Positions 13,380 through 26,646 of a stretch of 64,000 nt of DNA are shown here, piece after piece (position 1 is the stretch's first letter; each line of letters opens with the position of its first letter). The notes beneath the pieces are model-generated. The model did not search any database. It had not been told where the DNA came from and saw nothing but the letters and a program-made list of their open reading frames with translations. A program made the translations under genes and the position numbers. The stretch lies in contig NMRA01000023.1 in NCBI GenBank assembly GCA_002633005.1, positions 116,580 through 180,579 on the forward strand. The letters are read 5' to 3'. The stretch comes from Phoronis australis (lineage: Eukaryota; Animalia; Phoronida).

Positions 13380-16300
13380 CTTTGTTCCTATGGAAGCACG
13401 CAACTGACTGGATTACAGTTCACTTTGTTTTGGTTATGCCTAGTTGACCCAGACTGAGCCAGCCAGCACTGTCCTACTGCAGAATGGACCGTCATGTTGC
13501 GCCATCTATTGATCTTTATTGTAGTTGATTGTATGCTCCATCTATTGCTCTTCATTGTAGTTGATTGTATGCTCTCTATTTGATTTCTTAGCTAGTCACA
13601 TGAATGTTATCGTGTTTTCCAAACTACCACATAACACGTAACTCCGGAAGTACTGGAAGCCTATTGTTTTTCGTCAAAATCAGATCCAAGAAAGCGGCTG
13701 TAGCGGCCATTTTGTTTCCATTTAAAGGTTCAAATGCTTCTGCAGGCTACAATTTTTTACGTAAAAGGCTAAGAATCGAAACAGTAAATGGACCGGAAGC
13801 TTGCTACAAGTATACCGGAAATTGTTTACTTCCGGTTAAAGATGGCGGAAATATCGGCGATCGCGCATGCGCACCTCGATTTTGGCTTAAAAACGTTTTC
13901 TCCTCTAGAGGGCGCATTATCAGACCAATTCATTCAAATTTTTGCAGGTATTAGTTTCTTGTAACATGCTATTATATAAAGCCAAAAAACCGGAATTTGC
14001 CTTCAAGATGGCGGATATGGCGCATATTGACGCATTTTCAGTCGTCTGGAGTGCGATTTTAAACGGGAGGAGAAAAAGACGTGATTTTTTGCATGTGGAT
14101 TCTTTAAAATATAGTCTTTCAAATGGCTTGTAACAATTTTCTTTCCGACTTACCGTTTTCGAGTTATTTGACTTTGAATTTCTTTAAAAAAACGCAAAAT
14201 TTCATTTTTTTCGAAAAATTTATGGAATTAGGCGATACCATCAGTTTAGATAGAATTTTGAACGGGCTTTTACAAGATGTTTTCCATTTTTCGCTAGGAC
14301 ATCTACTTTTCGAGTTATCTGAGATTTTCTGACAACGCTGTTCCTTTGTTGAGCGCTCTTGCTGCATTGATGTTGGTTTACCTTCTATTGAACTAGACTG
14401 TAGCCCACTTCTTATTGATTTATGACATCTAAGTTCATCGTATGACTGTTGTGATGTTGTTCATCATCGCCACCACCATCGTCATATTCGTCATCATCGT
14501 CATCATCTTCGTCATCATCTCCGTCGTTGTCTTTTCCGTTAATTTTGCCAAGTAGCCTTTTTCTTACTGATTTCGGACTTCTACGTTCGTCATGTGTATG
14601 TTATTATTACTTCTTTTGTTAATCCTCGCCACCATCGTCGTCATATTCCTCATCTTCGTCATCATCTTTATCGTCATCTTTTTGGTTAATTTCGCCAAGG
14701 TTCGCTCCTCGGAGAGCTTTCATTTTGTTTGTTCGCTCTCTACAGGTCGCAATTTTTGTCCGATTTTCACAAAATTTGCACACAACATGTAGATCGTAAA
14801 TCACTGGAAGGCTATTGTTTTTGGTCATGATCGAATACAAAATGGCGGACGAAGCGGCCATTTTGTATCCGATTTCACAGTCAAATGCTCGTAGTTGCCG
14901 CATTTTTCGACCTACATGTTTGAAAATCAGTACAAATTTACTAGAACGCATGAGCTATAAATGTGCAGAAAATCATTGACTTCCAGTTAAAGATGGCGGA
15001 AATATTGGACGTGGCGCATGCGCACCCCGAAATATGGCTAAAAACGTTTTCTCCTGTAGGAAGCGCATTAGCAAACCAATCACTTTCAAACTGGTCACGT
15101 GTTTGTTGAGTTTAATAAGCTTTTATAAAAAGTTATTGAACCGGCAGTCACTTTCAAGATGGCGGCTGTGGCGCATGTTCACACGATTTCAATCGCTCTG
15201 GTGTGGCATTTTTAACTGGAAGAGTAAATGACGTGAATTTTTGCATGTGGATTCCTTGAAGTATGGCCTTTCAAAAAGTCTGCGAGAGCGTATTTCTCAG
15301 ACTTACCGTTTTCGAGTTATTTGACTTTGAATTTCAAAAAAACGGCAAATTTTCAATTTTCTCGAAAAACTTTTGGATTTTTGCCAAACTACCACTTTAG
15401 ATAGAATTTTGAACGGGCTTTCAGAAGTTATTTTCCATTTTGCGCTACGACGTCTTCTTTTTGAATTATTTGAGATTTTCGGATACCGTTGTTCCTTCGG
15501 TCACCTAAATGCAAGCACGCAGCTGGCTGGCTTTCAGTTCACTTTGTTTTGATTATGCCTAGTTGACCCAGACTGATCCAGCCAGCACTGTTCTACTGTA
15601 GACTGGACCGTCATGTTTGCGCCATCTATTGTTCTTTATTGTAGTTGATTGTGTGCTCTGTATTTGATTTCTTCGCTAGTCACATGAATGTTATCGTATT
15701 TGGCAAAGTACTACTTTAGATAGAATTTTGAACGGGCTTTCAGAAGATATTTTTTATTTTGCGCTACGACGTTTACTTTTTGAATTATTCGAGATTTACG
15801 GATATCGTTGTTCCAATTCGGTTACCTATGCAAGCACGCAGCTGGCTGGCTTTCAGTTCACTTTGTTTTGGTTATGCCTAGTTGACCCAGACTGACCCAG
15901 CCAGCACTGTCCTAGTGTAGACTGGACCGTCATGTTGCGCCATCTATTGTTCTTTATTGTAGTTGATTGTATGCTCTCTATTTGATTTCTTCACTAGTCA
16001 CATGAATGTTATCGTGTTTGCCAAACTACAACTTTAGATAGAGTTTTGAACGGGCTTTCAGACGATATTTTCTATTTTGCGTTACGACGTCTACTTTTTG
16101 AATTATTCGAGATTTTCGAATGCCGTTGTTCCTTCGGTCACACGCAGCTGGCTGGTTTTCAGCTCACTTTGTTTTGGTTATGCCTAGTTGACCCAGACTG
16201 ACCCAGCCAGCACTGTCCTACTGTAAAGCGTGCCTCGTCCGTAATGTTGCGCCATCTATTGTTCTTTATTGTAGTTGATTGTATGCTCTATCAAAGTACG

Positions 16301-16650
16301 TAGAGTTGTGGACGGGCTTTCAGACGATATTTTCCATTTTGCGCTACAATGTCTACTTTTGAATTATTCGAGATTTTTGAATGCCGTTGTTCCGTCGGTC
16401 ACCTATGAAAGGACGCAGCTGGCTGGCTTTCAGTTCACTTTATTCTGGTTATGCCTAGTTGACCCAGACTGACCCAGCCAGTACTGTCCTACTGCAGACT
16501 GGACCGTCATGTTGCGCCATCTATTGTTCTTTATTATAGTTGATTGTATGCTCTCTATTTGATTTCTTCGCTAGTCACATGAATGATATCGTGTTCGTCG
16601 TCTTTTCGATTAATTCCGCCGAGAGTCGCTCCTCGGAGCGCTCTCGTTTT
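13380..16650 (+). mobile_element. Helentron-associated (HINE/DINE-1/pearl-like) non-autonomous element array with internal tandem repeats
   Basis: Two related ~700-bp cores (~13620-14340, ~14800-15480), an (ATC/GTC)n low-complexity tract at 14460-14680, four ~300-bp tandem units at 15390-16590, and TTAATTYCGCC...TCGCTCCTCGGAG boundary motifs at ~14686 and ~16610; the family name is inferred from architecture. Confidence 0.55.
15390..16590. repeat. Tandem array of four ~300-bp units
   Basis: tagatagaattttgaacgggctttcaga...gcagctggctgg...gttgacccagactgacccagccagcactg...gttgcgccatctattgttctttattgtagttgattg repeated four times; further partial units at ~12530-12630 and ~13385-13620. Confidence 0.92.
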
Positions 16651-17047
16651 AACGATTATTCCGTGCACTGATGCCCGTTAACTGAGGTACTGGTCGATGA
16701 CAACTTCGCCGCAGTCGCCAGTGGGGTTAACCATAGTTTGTTGTGATGTGTGTTACGATACTTGACGTAGCATTCGGGATCTTTTCATGCATCAAAGCAA
16801 TATTATTAATATTTGGAATGGTTTATGACAGGTTTAACAGTACCAGTTAAATCAATCAATGCTGAATGGTCAAATCGATATTTGTTGGTGAGGTAAGACT
16901 ACAATTCAAGCCCAAAAGTTAGGTGACAAATATCCATTAGACTATTTGTTTACTCCCGATCCTATGTCGTCCGGAAATCTATTACACGTTGACGCTGAAA
17001 CATGTTTTTACCTGACCTTTGGTTTTTAGGTTTGAGGGCTAGTGCCG

Positions 17048-20000
17048 TGCAGAGGAGATATGCATCACTTCTGCAACCGTCCCTGAATGGGCAAAAAATG
17101 GGTTTAAGCTGTTGAATGCAGCCAACCAGCAAAATCTTCCTATCAAGTGCAGATTCGTTGTCAAAGCCTAGTAATTTCTATATCGGAGATAAAGAACAAA
17201 GCCTTTGAAAAGGGACAGCTTTTTTAAAGAAGGGTAAGTTGTTTGAGGAGTTTACGTATTCCGGACCTTAGCGGTAGGATGGCATATAAGTAGGGTGTTC
17301 GGGTTGTACAATTTGGTGCAACTGAATGTATTTTATCAATTCGTGTGACTGCCATTTTTGTGAAAATTGTATTTTTGATGAGAAAATACGAGTGAGGTCG
17401 CATTTGAACATATCACTCTTACTACCAATAGCAAGCCATAGGATTTTAAATTACTCTTAAACAACAGAAACATTATCCAACATTTTTAAATAACCCAAGT
17501 CAACATATCTTCTATTGTAAAAAAAATAAAAAATCTGAGGAACGGTTCCCTCACCCTCAACCTTTGACCAGAAGTGAGCATGACAGTCCCATGATTCTGT
17601 AATCGGTGTTTAAAATTGCTGAAAGTATCAAAAATAAAAAGGCTTGAAATTGGGTAACTAAGGTTTGAAGTCGTCTCAAATAACTTGCATATTTTGCAAA
17701 CAAGTGATGCTTTAAAAAATTTTTATGTCTAGGAATGAAAAATAAAGACGCAGTTTTATACAAATCAATACTTACTCTATTGTGTACACCTTTGCTTTCT
17801 GGAAATAGAAACTATTTAATTCTGAGTGAAATTGTAAAGCAGTTACCATATCCTATTTTTGAAGAAGAGGGACAACATTTTTGATCCAATCTGACATACT
17901 TAAATATTCATGATTCACTATTTGTTCCACATTCAGTGACATTTTAAGGCCACTTCAAGCCGCAACATAGACAAGCTTTGTTACTCATTTCTCTTCCCAC
18001 AGCATGTCGTCCACACACCCGCAGTGCTGCATGTCACAAAATACAAGCCAGTGGCCCTGGAGAATTGTGAATCGCAATACCGTAAGAAAATGAGCCAGTG
18101 GATTGTTTGTGTGGGAAGAGGAACTATATCTGACTGCTACACCAGCTATCCTCGTTGGTGAGGATGCCCTTTCATAGGCAATGAGTCATGTGTGGACAAC
18201 AATGGCTTATTTCCTTTCCTGGAAGAAACATGAGGGACTGAAGCTAAAAAAAACCTAGTAACACTCTGCTCTAGTTCAGGGTCAGATTTTGGGCTCAAGG
18301 CGAGTCAAGTGATATGATGTTGTGTTTGCCTTCAAGGATCTAATTGCGGACGTTATTGAGGCTGAATGAAATTGGACCTTTTTTACAAGCGCTTCTATAG
18401 GCCATTGAAACTCGATACCAGTGAAATGAAAACCAAAAGCATCTAGTATAAATACCTGTCCTTTCTCACTGAGTGACATTAATTTTTCCTTTCAGAAGAA
18501 AGGTTTTACCTTAAAGGTAAAAACTTTTCAATTCGATACGCATTATATAGAAATGACAGTCATGGACTTTTTCGATTGTCTTACTGTCAATAAAAAGCCC
18601 GTTAATGTTACACTTTGATTATCGAATAAATTTTTCATCAACATGCACGTTTGTCACTAATTATTCAAACCACAATATTTCTTCAGTTTTAAAGCCCCAT
18701 ACAGTGCAGTTGAGCTGCTTCTTTATAAGCTGAAGGGATTACCAATTACGCTTGGAGGTTATCACTTTCCTGTTTACCTATAGAAATGTCCGGCGATCAA
18801 AACGAAGTATTCTCTTTGTTTGCATTTGATTTGTTTGTGTGTGAAATTATTTTAAAGCTTTCTTAAGAAGGCCTTTGAAGTTTTGTGTTAACTTTTCTAT
18901 AATAAAAGTTCCACATGCAAGCAAAATATGTTTTCAATCGTAGCTAGCTGGTTAAGAATCTGCTATGCACAAGTTTCGAGAACAATAACCAGTTTATTTA
19001 AAAACAAAATGGCAAACTGAACAACCACATACATACAAAATAACATTATTAATTAAACAGAATTGTAATTTTTCCAATGTGGTATGGTCCATAATCAGTG
19101 ATATCAAACGCTGACTTTGTCAATTGAGAGGTTCAATTCATGAAGGTTATTGCTGAAGGACTGCTTTTCACTTTGTGGAAAAGTGAAACAGACGGTAAGG
19201 CGGCTGGCTTCAGTGATTTTCTCTCAACTGTAACAAAATGGTCAGAGAAATATTAACAAGTTATAAAAGAAAACACAATTAAGACAATTAATTTTGTAAG
19301 GCAGAACATACTTTACATTTCATCTTTATGTTTATATGTAGAAACTAATAATCTTTGTACCCAAGCCTTATTTAGGTTCTGAATTAAAATATTTGAAACA
19401 GGCTAAACGTGATTTAAGAATGTGTATTTTTCATGACACCTAAAATTTATTTCTTATCTCAACAAATAAGATTCTTTCTAGGTGTCAATATTTATTCCAG
19501 TGCAATGTTAAGAATTTACTGAAGAGCTCATTCATGTTAATTTGGTTGAACTATAATGTGGAAGTCCTGGTGGTGGGGTCCGCTATAAAATAAGGAAACT
19601 CACTCATCTAGAGAATTTTATTAGACATGGCATAGTTTTGCTGCTGTGAAAAAATCACCCTTGACTTCTGATCGGCACGTCCCATGCACCTCTTATAATG
19701 GGAGCACTCCCACCCAGGACAATTTATGTGAATACAATGTATGTGCTGCTAACCTACCATCCGGGTCCTGGGTGAGTTTCTGAAGGGAAACACTTAGTTC
19801 CACTGAATAAACCCGTTAGTCAGTGGGGTAACTGGTGGAGATAACATCACTGAGCGATGTTGATAGAAACTAATTGCTAAAAACTTACCAAGTAACGTGA
19901 TTACGTAGTCTCCCAATAGAAATGCAGAGAGCACAGGCGTGAGACTTCGGCATCCACACCATTTTGTCACATGGTTGACCCCTTTGACCTTAATTCTTCA

Positions 20001-20183
20001 CGCCTGTAGTAACCTTAGGTCTCTTGGGAATTTGTTATCACCTGTCAAAGATTTGCCCCCGGGAAAATAGCCATAACAAGGCTTAGCGGGACGACGTATT
20101 TTGATAACAGTTACAGGCAGACAGCGACACATGCGCAATTCAATCACCACTAGTGCAACAGCGACACCGCGTCGAATAGCCCC
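17048..20183 (+). mobile_element. AT-TSD TIR element (ISL2EU/PHIS-like), copy lacking its left terminus
   Basis: Homologous to 55882-58360; ends GTCGAATAGCCCC|AT at 20183. Confidence 0.7.
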
Positions 20184-20990
20184 ATTCGCAGGAACTAAAC
20201 ACCGGGACAAACTGAAGTTCTCCTGACTTCTAAAATCTCGCTGCCGCACATTCCACTTGGCGACGTTGCTAGGGTTCAAAGGGTCGTCCCAGTCCCTACA
20301 GCGCCTCATTACATCTTGTAAAGTGTGTTTAGCACACAGCGCCAAAGGTCCAACAAATTCAAGGAGATCAAAAACAAATGCGAACATTTTAAGCATACAT
20401 CTCTTGGTATAAACAGGATCACGCTCCTAATTTGTTTACAGCTACTGTCTACATTGGATAGTATTAATCCTTGGATGGGTGTGCAAGTACATGTAATAGA
20501 CAATTACCAAGGGCCAAGGTTCATACACGTAAACCAGCAGGCAGCAGTTAGGAATCAAGGAAAGTCAAGTCAAAAGGCCACGAGTGTCATCGTACCGTCT
20601 GATATAATTCGTATTCCTAAATCATAGTATATTTCGCAAACATCAGTTTTGTGACAGTTAGGACTGAAACCATGGATTATTGAATGAGTGTGCGACTTCG
20701 CAAAAGACTGTCAAGATATCTGCTACTTATTGCATTCATGTCTCAGATTCTGCTAAAATTTTTGAGCTGGAATTTTCAGATATCAACTGGTCTAACTGAG
20801 GCTACTGCAAACAAATGTATCAACATTGAGAGCAAGTGAAGTATCATTACTTGAACGAGCCCCCAGTTTAGTGAAGTGGGTAAAAAAGTCCGCCTCAGAG
20901 AAACAAAAACTCCGAAAAAAGTAGAAAGGGATACAATAGTCCGCAAAAAGGCAGGAACTGTCGAAATTCGGCGAACGCACAATTCGTAGC
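20184..20990 (-). mobile_element. BEL/Pao pol remnant (RT to RNase H-proximal region)
   Basis: LKMFAFVFDLLEFVGP...K..LQ....DWDDPL resembles the Pao 'S.FDPLG..P...K...Q..W...WD..L' motif; KLGARSS resembles the RT 'FGA.SSP' motif. Confidence 0.8.
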
Positions 20991-21965
20991 TCTGAACGTT
21001 GCCTGTGAATCATAATCAATGTCCGCATACTCAAAAAACTCGAGCACCCTCCATTTTAGGCTGGGTGCACGGATGCTTCTATCACAGCAGTGTTATGCAC
21101 ACTTTACGGATGTAAGGAAAATTGATAGAGCTCTTAAAAAAGAAAAGACCAAGCTGATGAAGTAAAAACGTTCAACCCGGTATAAAATTAGTTGATTGTC
21201 ACTGTCAGTTACAATTAACAGTGTTCAAAGAAATGTACCGTATATGTATTGCCACTATAATGAACCATTCCCCACAAATCAAATTCCATCACAGGGGAAC
21301 TTTACAAACAAAATTAAAACTAAAAACCTATCCCAGTTCCAAACATTCACTTGTAAATCCATGTAGGCCTACCTATTCTTGATTTATGGTAAATAATTTT
21401 TAGTTTAGGCCAGAGAAAAAATAAATATTTTGCTTGATGAATAGGATATGCATATGCTTTGGTTCCATTCAAAGCCCGGAGTATGAGTTTGATTGAAATG
21501 TATTTATCACTTATACGGCTATAGTAGGTAAGGTAGTTGCGTGCACTCCGTCTGGTCGCCGTTAATGCTATACTTGTAACGAAGGATAAATACATGAAAC
21601 AAGATTACGAGCAGAACAATTCGAGAAAATTCAACGCATTAATTTGCCCTAATCGACTCCTAGCGAAGACGCTACTTTTCAATTAATCTAGAAAAATCCT
21701 CACTTGTTATCATACGGTGATATATTGCGACAATACTATTTCATTAAACACATTAGCGTAGACGCTATTCTTCCTACAACTAGATGTATAATTGGTTGTT
21801 ATTACACTTGTGACAAAACTATTCTCTTAATTACACCTGTCATGCCTCTTTAGGTGAAATTTACAAGGGTAGTAAGAGACTGGTTAATGATTTCGTATGT
21901 ATGGTGATAAATGATTGTGTTAGTCATTGACTGATCAGAGATTTAGTGGTGTGTGACCGAACATC

Positions 21966-22250
21966 ATGATTAAATGCAAGTTGGTGGTTCTCTTTTTTCT
22001 ACAAGTAAATTTTCAAATTAATTTCATCGTGACTCTAGATATGGCCAGATTTCACACAGAGAAGACACGTGCATCAACATGTCCGGGCAACGTTACCGTC
22101 AGTGCATCTTCTCTGATCGAATGTTCTCGTCTGTGTTCTGTGGATCGCCTTTGTGTGGCCTTCCTGTATGTCAGTAGAAGGTTCTGCTCAACTTGCAATA
22201 CTGTGGAAAAAGCTGGGTCAAAGAACGGCGAAAATCTTTTCGGGTGGCGG
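21966..22250 (+). CDS. Exon 1 of a secreted PAN/apple + fibrinogen-C (FReD) protein: signal peptide-like N-terminus plus PAN/apple domain (95 aa)
   Basis: Hydrophobic N-terminus; six Cys in a PAN-type pattern (C...ECSRLC.....CVAFLY.....CSTC); strong phase-0 donor CGG|GTGAGT at 22251; conserved in the paralog at 60134. Confidence 0.85.
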
Positions 22251-23045
22251 GTGAGTACATGCACGATCTGAAGGGATGACGAGTCCGGCATATTCACCAC
22301 TGACATTTCGTGCTCTTGCAATTTGCGAAACGCGTGTATTCTGTGGGCATACTGATTTTCGTCATCAAACGAGCCTAAGTTCCAAAGAAACGTTTTTTGT
22401 AGCACATATTCCCACTTGAGAAAAACACCAGTAACAAACGTTATAGTTTGGCCTTCGTCTGCCTGTATTTTGGCCGCGAAACGGAGTGAAGTTTTGTCTT
22501 GAGGAAAAAAAAATTAAGTGGCACGAGGATTTGCAACTGACCCATGAGCCACAACTTTAAGATATTTTAAGTCAGAAAAAGATGTTTAACGTTTCCTCTT
22601 CGTTGCATCAATCTAGCGAAAACAATTATTTCAGACGTAGTGGTTTTAAATAATTTTCCCTGATGATTCCCAGTACAGCGAAGAGGCTCTCATGGGAAAC
22701 ATTATTTCATATTGGGAACCGATAAATCGTTAGGTACAAGACATGGGCAATTAAACGAGCATTTGCTTAACATTTCCATTTAGATGCGTTTGTGATTCCA
22801 TGCCCCGACCCCGTACTGAAAAACGGTTTACTTGCAATCAGGAATAAAACGTAATTTTATTTAGTTGGCTTAAAAACGATTCAACACTGCAAAGCGCCAA
22901 CCTACTTACCCACCCCAAATGAGAGAGGTAGGGCGACAACTGGGAAGCAAGGGATAGTCTTACCAGGCAAACTTAAGTGCATGCAATACTATGGGTTTCT
23001 TTTTAACTCGATGTTGTTTTTATTCTACAAGGAATTGTTTTGTAG

Positions 23046-23070
23046 GAATTCCAAGACTGCTCTGATCCAG
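23046..23070 (+). CDS. Exon 2 (25-nt micro-exon, EFQDCSDP + G split codon) of the PAN-FReD gene
   Basis: ttgttttgtAG|gaattccaagactgctctgatccag|GTAGGC; phase 0 to phase 1 links exons 1 and 3 in frame; encodes the FReD N-terminal 'DC' motif; the paralog differs only synonymously. Confidence 0.85.
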
Positions 23071-23280
23071 GTAGGCATGTTTATTATTTAAGAGTGCATG
23101 GCACACAAAAGTGACGACTTGAACTTCCTTGTAGCACTTGATGGGTCAATTTTTATTCTGCGCATAAATTATTGAAAGATGCTCTTCTTACAAAAGAAAG
23201 ATATTATTATACAGTTTCCTTTCTTCTGGGCACGTGAAAGCCCCGAGCATTGCCGATTTAGTTGGGAAAAGTATTCCAAT

Positions 23281-24620
23281 GGGGCTATTCATAGAATTCT
23301 CCTCGCGGTGTCGCTGCTGTACTGAATTTCGCATGCGTCGCTCTCTGCATAAAAACGCCTGGTAAAAAGACGGATTGTTATCAAAGTACGTCGTCGCGCA
23401 AAACCCTATTATTGCTATTTTCCCTGGTGCAAGTCTTCGACAGGTGGTCACAAATTACCAAAAGACCTAAGGTTACTACATTCGTGGAGCATTGTGGTCA
23501 AAAGGGTCAACCAACTGACAAAAAGTGTGTGGATGCCGAAGCCCCTTTGGGAGACTTGGTAAGTTTTTAGCAATCAAGTTTCTATCGACATCGTTCGGTG
23601 ATGTTATCCCCACCAGTTACCCCACTGAATAACGGGTTTATTGAATGGAACTACGTGATTCTTTTCGGAAACTCATCCAGGACTCGGATGCCGGGTAGGC
23701 TAGCAGCACATATTCACATAATTATTGTCCTCCAGGGGTGGGAATGCGCCCAATATAAGAGGTGTATGGTGCGTGACTCTCAGAATTCAAGGGTGACTTT
23801 TTCACAGCAGTTTCTCTTCAAAGCTATGCTATGTCGAATAAAATTCTCTAGACGAGTGAGTTTCCTTATTTTATAGCGGACCCCACTCCAATGACTACCA
23901 GATTAGTTACCGAATTAACATGAATAAGCTTGTCAGTAAACATCAGAGCATTGCATTGGATTAAAAATTGACACCTAGAATGAATTTTACTTGTTGAGGT
24001 CAGATGCACATTTTAGGTTTAGTGAAAATACACATTATTAAACACTTTCAGCCTGTAACACATAGTTTAATTAAGATCTTAAATAAGACTTGGGTACAAA
24101 TATTATTAGTTTCTACATATAAACATGAAGATGAAACGTCAAGTATGTTCTGCCTAACTGGAGTAGTTTTGTCTTTTGTTTTCTTTTATAATTTGCTAAT
24201 ATTTCTCTGACTATTCTGTTACAGGTGAGAGAAAACGACTGAAACCAACCGCCTGACCGTTTATTTTGCCTTTGGACAAAGTGAAAAGCAATCCTTCAGC
24301 AATAACCTGAGAGAATTGAACTTAATTCAGAAATTCAGCCCTTGATATGCCTGATTATGGACTCCATTGCGTGCGAAAATTACAATTGTTTTTAACAATG
24401 TTGTTTCTTTATATGCTTTTCTTGCATGTGGAACTTCTTAAGAATGCTCTAAAATTAATTACACACAAAAAATCAAATGAAAACAAAGGGAATACTTCAT
24501 TTAGATCGCTGCACATTTCTAGAGGTCAACAGGAAAACGACAATTCACAAGCGTAATCGCTAATCATTTCAGCTTTATAAAGAATAAGCACAACTGCACT
24601 GTATGGGGCTTTAAAACTGA
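23281..24620 (-). mobile_element. Partial inverted copy of the AT-TSD TIR element inside intron 2
   Basis: Begins AT|GGGGCTATTC; reverse complement aligns with ~18683-20183; duplicate homology stops at this point. Confidence 0.8.
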
Positions 24621-25139
24621 TGTGGGACTTTCAGTCAACGATTGACTCTACTGCAGGAGCGTAATCGTGCTAATGTGCACCTAAATTGTTCGAATTTTCC
24701 TTGATATAGTTTTTTATCGTACAGTGTGTCTAAATGATCTTTGCAAGACATACGCACCATGTCGTGTTCATGACTGCACGGAGTGCTGTGTTCAGCAGTC
24801 TTCAGGTCACTCAGTGCAAACTTTATGCAATGACCTGCACACTGATTGTCCTCCGTTATATGGAAACCACATTCACATTTTAGGTATCGTTTTGTATTAA
24901 CGTACTCTCTTCCTAAGTGCAGTAGAACAAGGCCATTGGCAACCGCTTGTGGATTAATTTACGTAACAACGATAGCGCGCTCACCATGCGCTATAATTCA
25001 GATCACGTTCTCACGCCACTTTCTCTTTTTAATCAGCAGACTTTAGCCAGAGCAGACTTGCGTTTACGAATATCTTATGGGAAAGCCATTGAGCGACGTA
25101 ATATGATAATGAAATGTGTATAAAGCGCTAAGATACATC

Positions 25140-25213
25140 TCTTGCCACAGCTCGTGGCGGGTCGGGGGAATGTGGGTCGAGGGTGTCGTGGGCCGAGGTG
25201 GTTTTAGAACAAT
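25140..25213 (-). repeat. Short dispersed repeat with (CCTCGAC/CCACGAC)n core
   Basis: Same TTGTTCTAAAAC...TGTGGCAA frame as ~41031-41125, ~47079-47168 and ~52711-52792. Confidence 0.65.
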
Positions 25214-25686
25214 CGTGGGGAGAATCATAAATTTAGGTAGAGGCTACAGTTACGAACACAAGGCTACAGTGTCTTTTGTCATTGAGAGCTTTTTATTAAA
25301 AATGACTGGTTCTTATTAAAATGACCTACACTGTATGCAAAACTTGGTGGCGCACCATAGGGCACACCACTTTTTTCAGTGATGCGCCGCCCATGAAAAG
25401 TGAATTATTAGAGGAAACAAACACTTTGTTTATTTCATGCCTGCTTCATTGGGGTATTACGCATCCAAGTAAATATTTTAAGCAGTGGATAAGTATATTT
25501 TTCTCTAAGAAGATCTTTTAAATCAAAAAATGAATTTGTTTTAGTAATAATTGTTTTGCTTCAGGTTTGCAGTTTGCCTAGAACTTAATTAAAGTCACCT
25601 CAAGTAATATTTTGTTCGTTATCGAAACTTCCCATTGTCTTAAATATGTTTACAAAACAATTGGATTGTCACTACTGGGTCCATAA

Positions 25687-26092
25687 CAGTGCTGTAGTGG
25701 AGCGTAGGAGCACGTAGGCGCAGCAAACCACCTTTTGGCAATCGAATGTAGAGCCTACACGCCGTAAGTTACGTTCAGTGCTCAAGGTAATACGGTGAGC
25801 TTTGGGCGCCTACTTACGTCTGATTTTACTACTACAGCACTGGGACCCGTTCCAACAAAACTGTCTTAGCTAAGACAAATCTTAAATTTTAGTAAATTTT
25901 AAAATAAAGTTAATAATGTCTCAAAACCAAGTTAAAAAACAGATCTCAAGTTTGACTTAAGTGTTTGACGTTAATTTTGTCTTAATTTTGAATAACTTAA
26001 CGAGTGTGGAAGTTTCAAATTTTGGAAGTTAAGGCAAATTTTAAACTTAAGACAAAAATGAACTTAAGTCAGTTTCTTGGAACAGGCAGCTG
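25687..26092. mobile_element. hAT-type MITE (CAGTGCTGTAGT TIR, 8-bp TSD GTCCATAA) carrying a nested insertion at its right end
   Basis: GTCCATAA at 25679-25686 and 26093-26100; TIR arms at 25687 and 25831-25842. Confidence 0.8.
25843..26089. mobile_element. PIF/Harbinger-like MITE with 3-bp CTG TSD
   Basis: Imperfect TIRs ccgttccaacaaaactgtctta / taagtcagtttcttggaacagg; CTG at 25840-25842 and 26090-26092. Confidence 0.7.
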
Positions 26093-26646
26093 GTCCATAA
26101 AAATTGACAAGGGTAGTTCTCTTTCAACTTCAATGTGTAAAATTTTGAAGTTAACGTTTTGGTCACTTCAGTACTAATGAACATAATGTCAAACTTTTTA
26201 TTCAACAACACAACCACTCCACTTGCATCACTGTTGTAAGAACTAAAGAAGTGAGCATTTCCCCCACTAAGTTCAAGTTCTTTTAGAAAGTGAGCTTCTT
26301 ACAGACAGTAGATATAGAAGTGTTTTCCTCCAATACTCCAGGAACTCTAACCTCTTATTTGGGTTTCCAATTCTATAAAAAACTTTTTCGCCAATGGGTT
26401 CCCAAATAGATGACAATGCATAGAATATACTATTCGATTCCCTTTAATGTACACTAGACTCACCATGAAGGTGATTGCTACTGTATACATTCATGTTCTA
26501 CAACGTACATGTTGGTACCAGTGGTTATTATATCGAGATTCGTGATGTCCAAAAGCATTTGAACGAGGTCGAATCCTTTTTTAACCCTGTAACGAGCTAC
26601 GTTTTGTTAAAAATGCACATAATTTGTAATGTCTCTACTTTTTAAG

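Larger units (their letters stand above)
17048..23280 (+). repeat. Segmental duplication, copy A (paralogous to 55882-61453)
   Basis: Colinear from gtgcagaggagata.gcatc.cttctgcaacc to gggaaaa.tattccaa; contains the TIR element, a BEL remnant, the PAN exon and the micro-exon. Confidence 0.92.

Noticed and set aside
14592-14951. Hydrophobic and acidic ORFs
   Set aside because: By-products of (ATC/GTC)n low-complexity sequence inside a repeat element
22052-22405. Antisense ORFs over the PAN exons (also 60226-60495)
   Set aside because: Shadow ORFs; the substitution pattern and splice sites support the plus-strand frame
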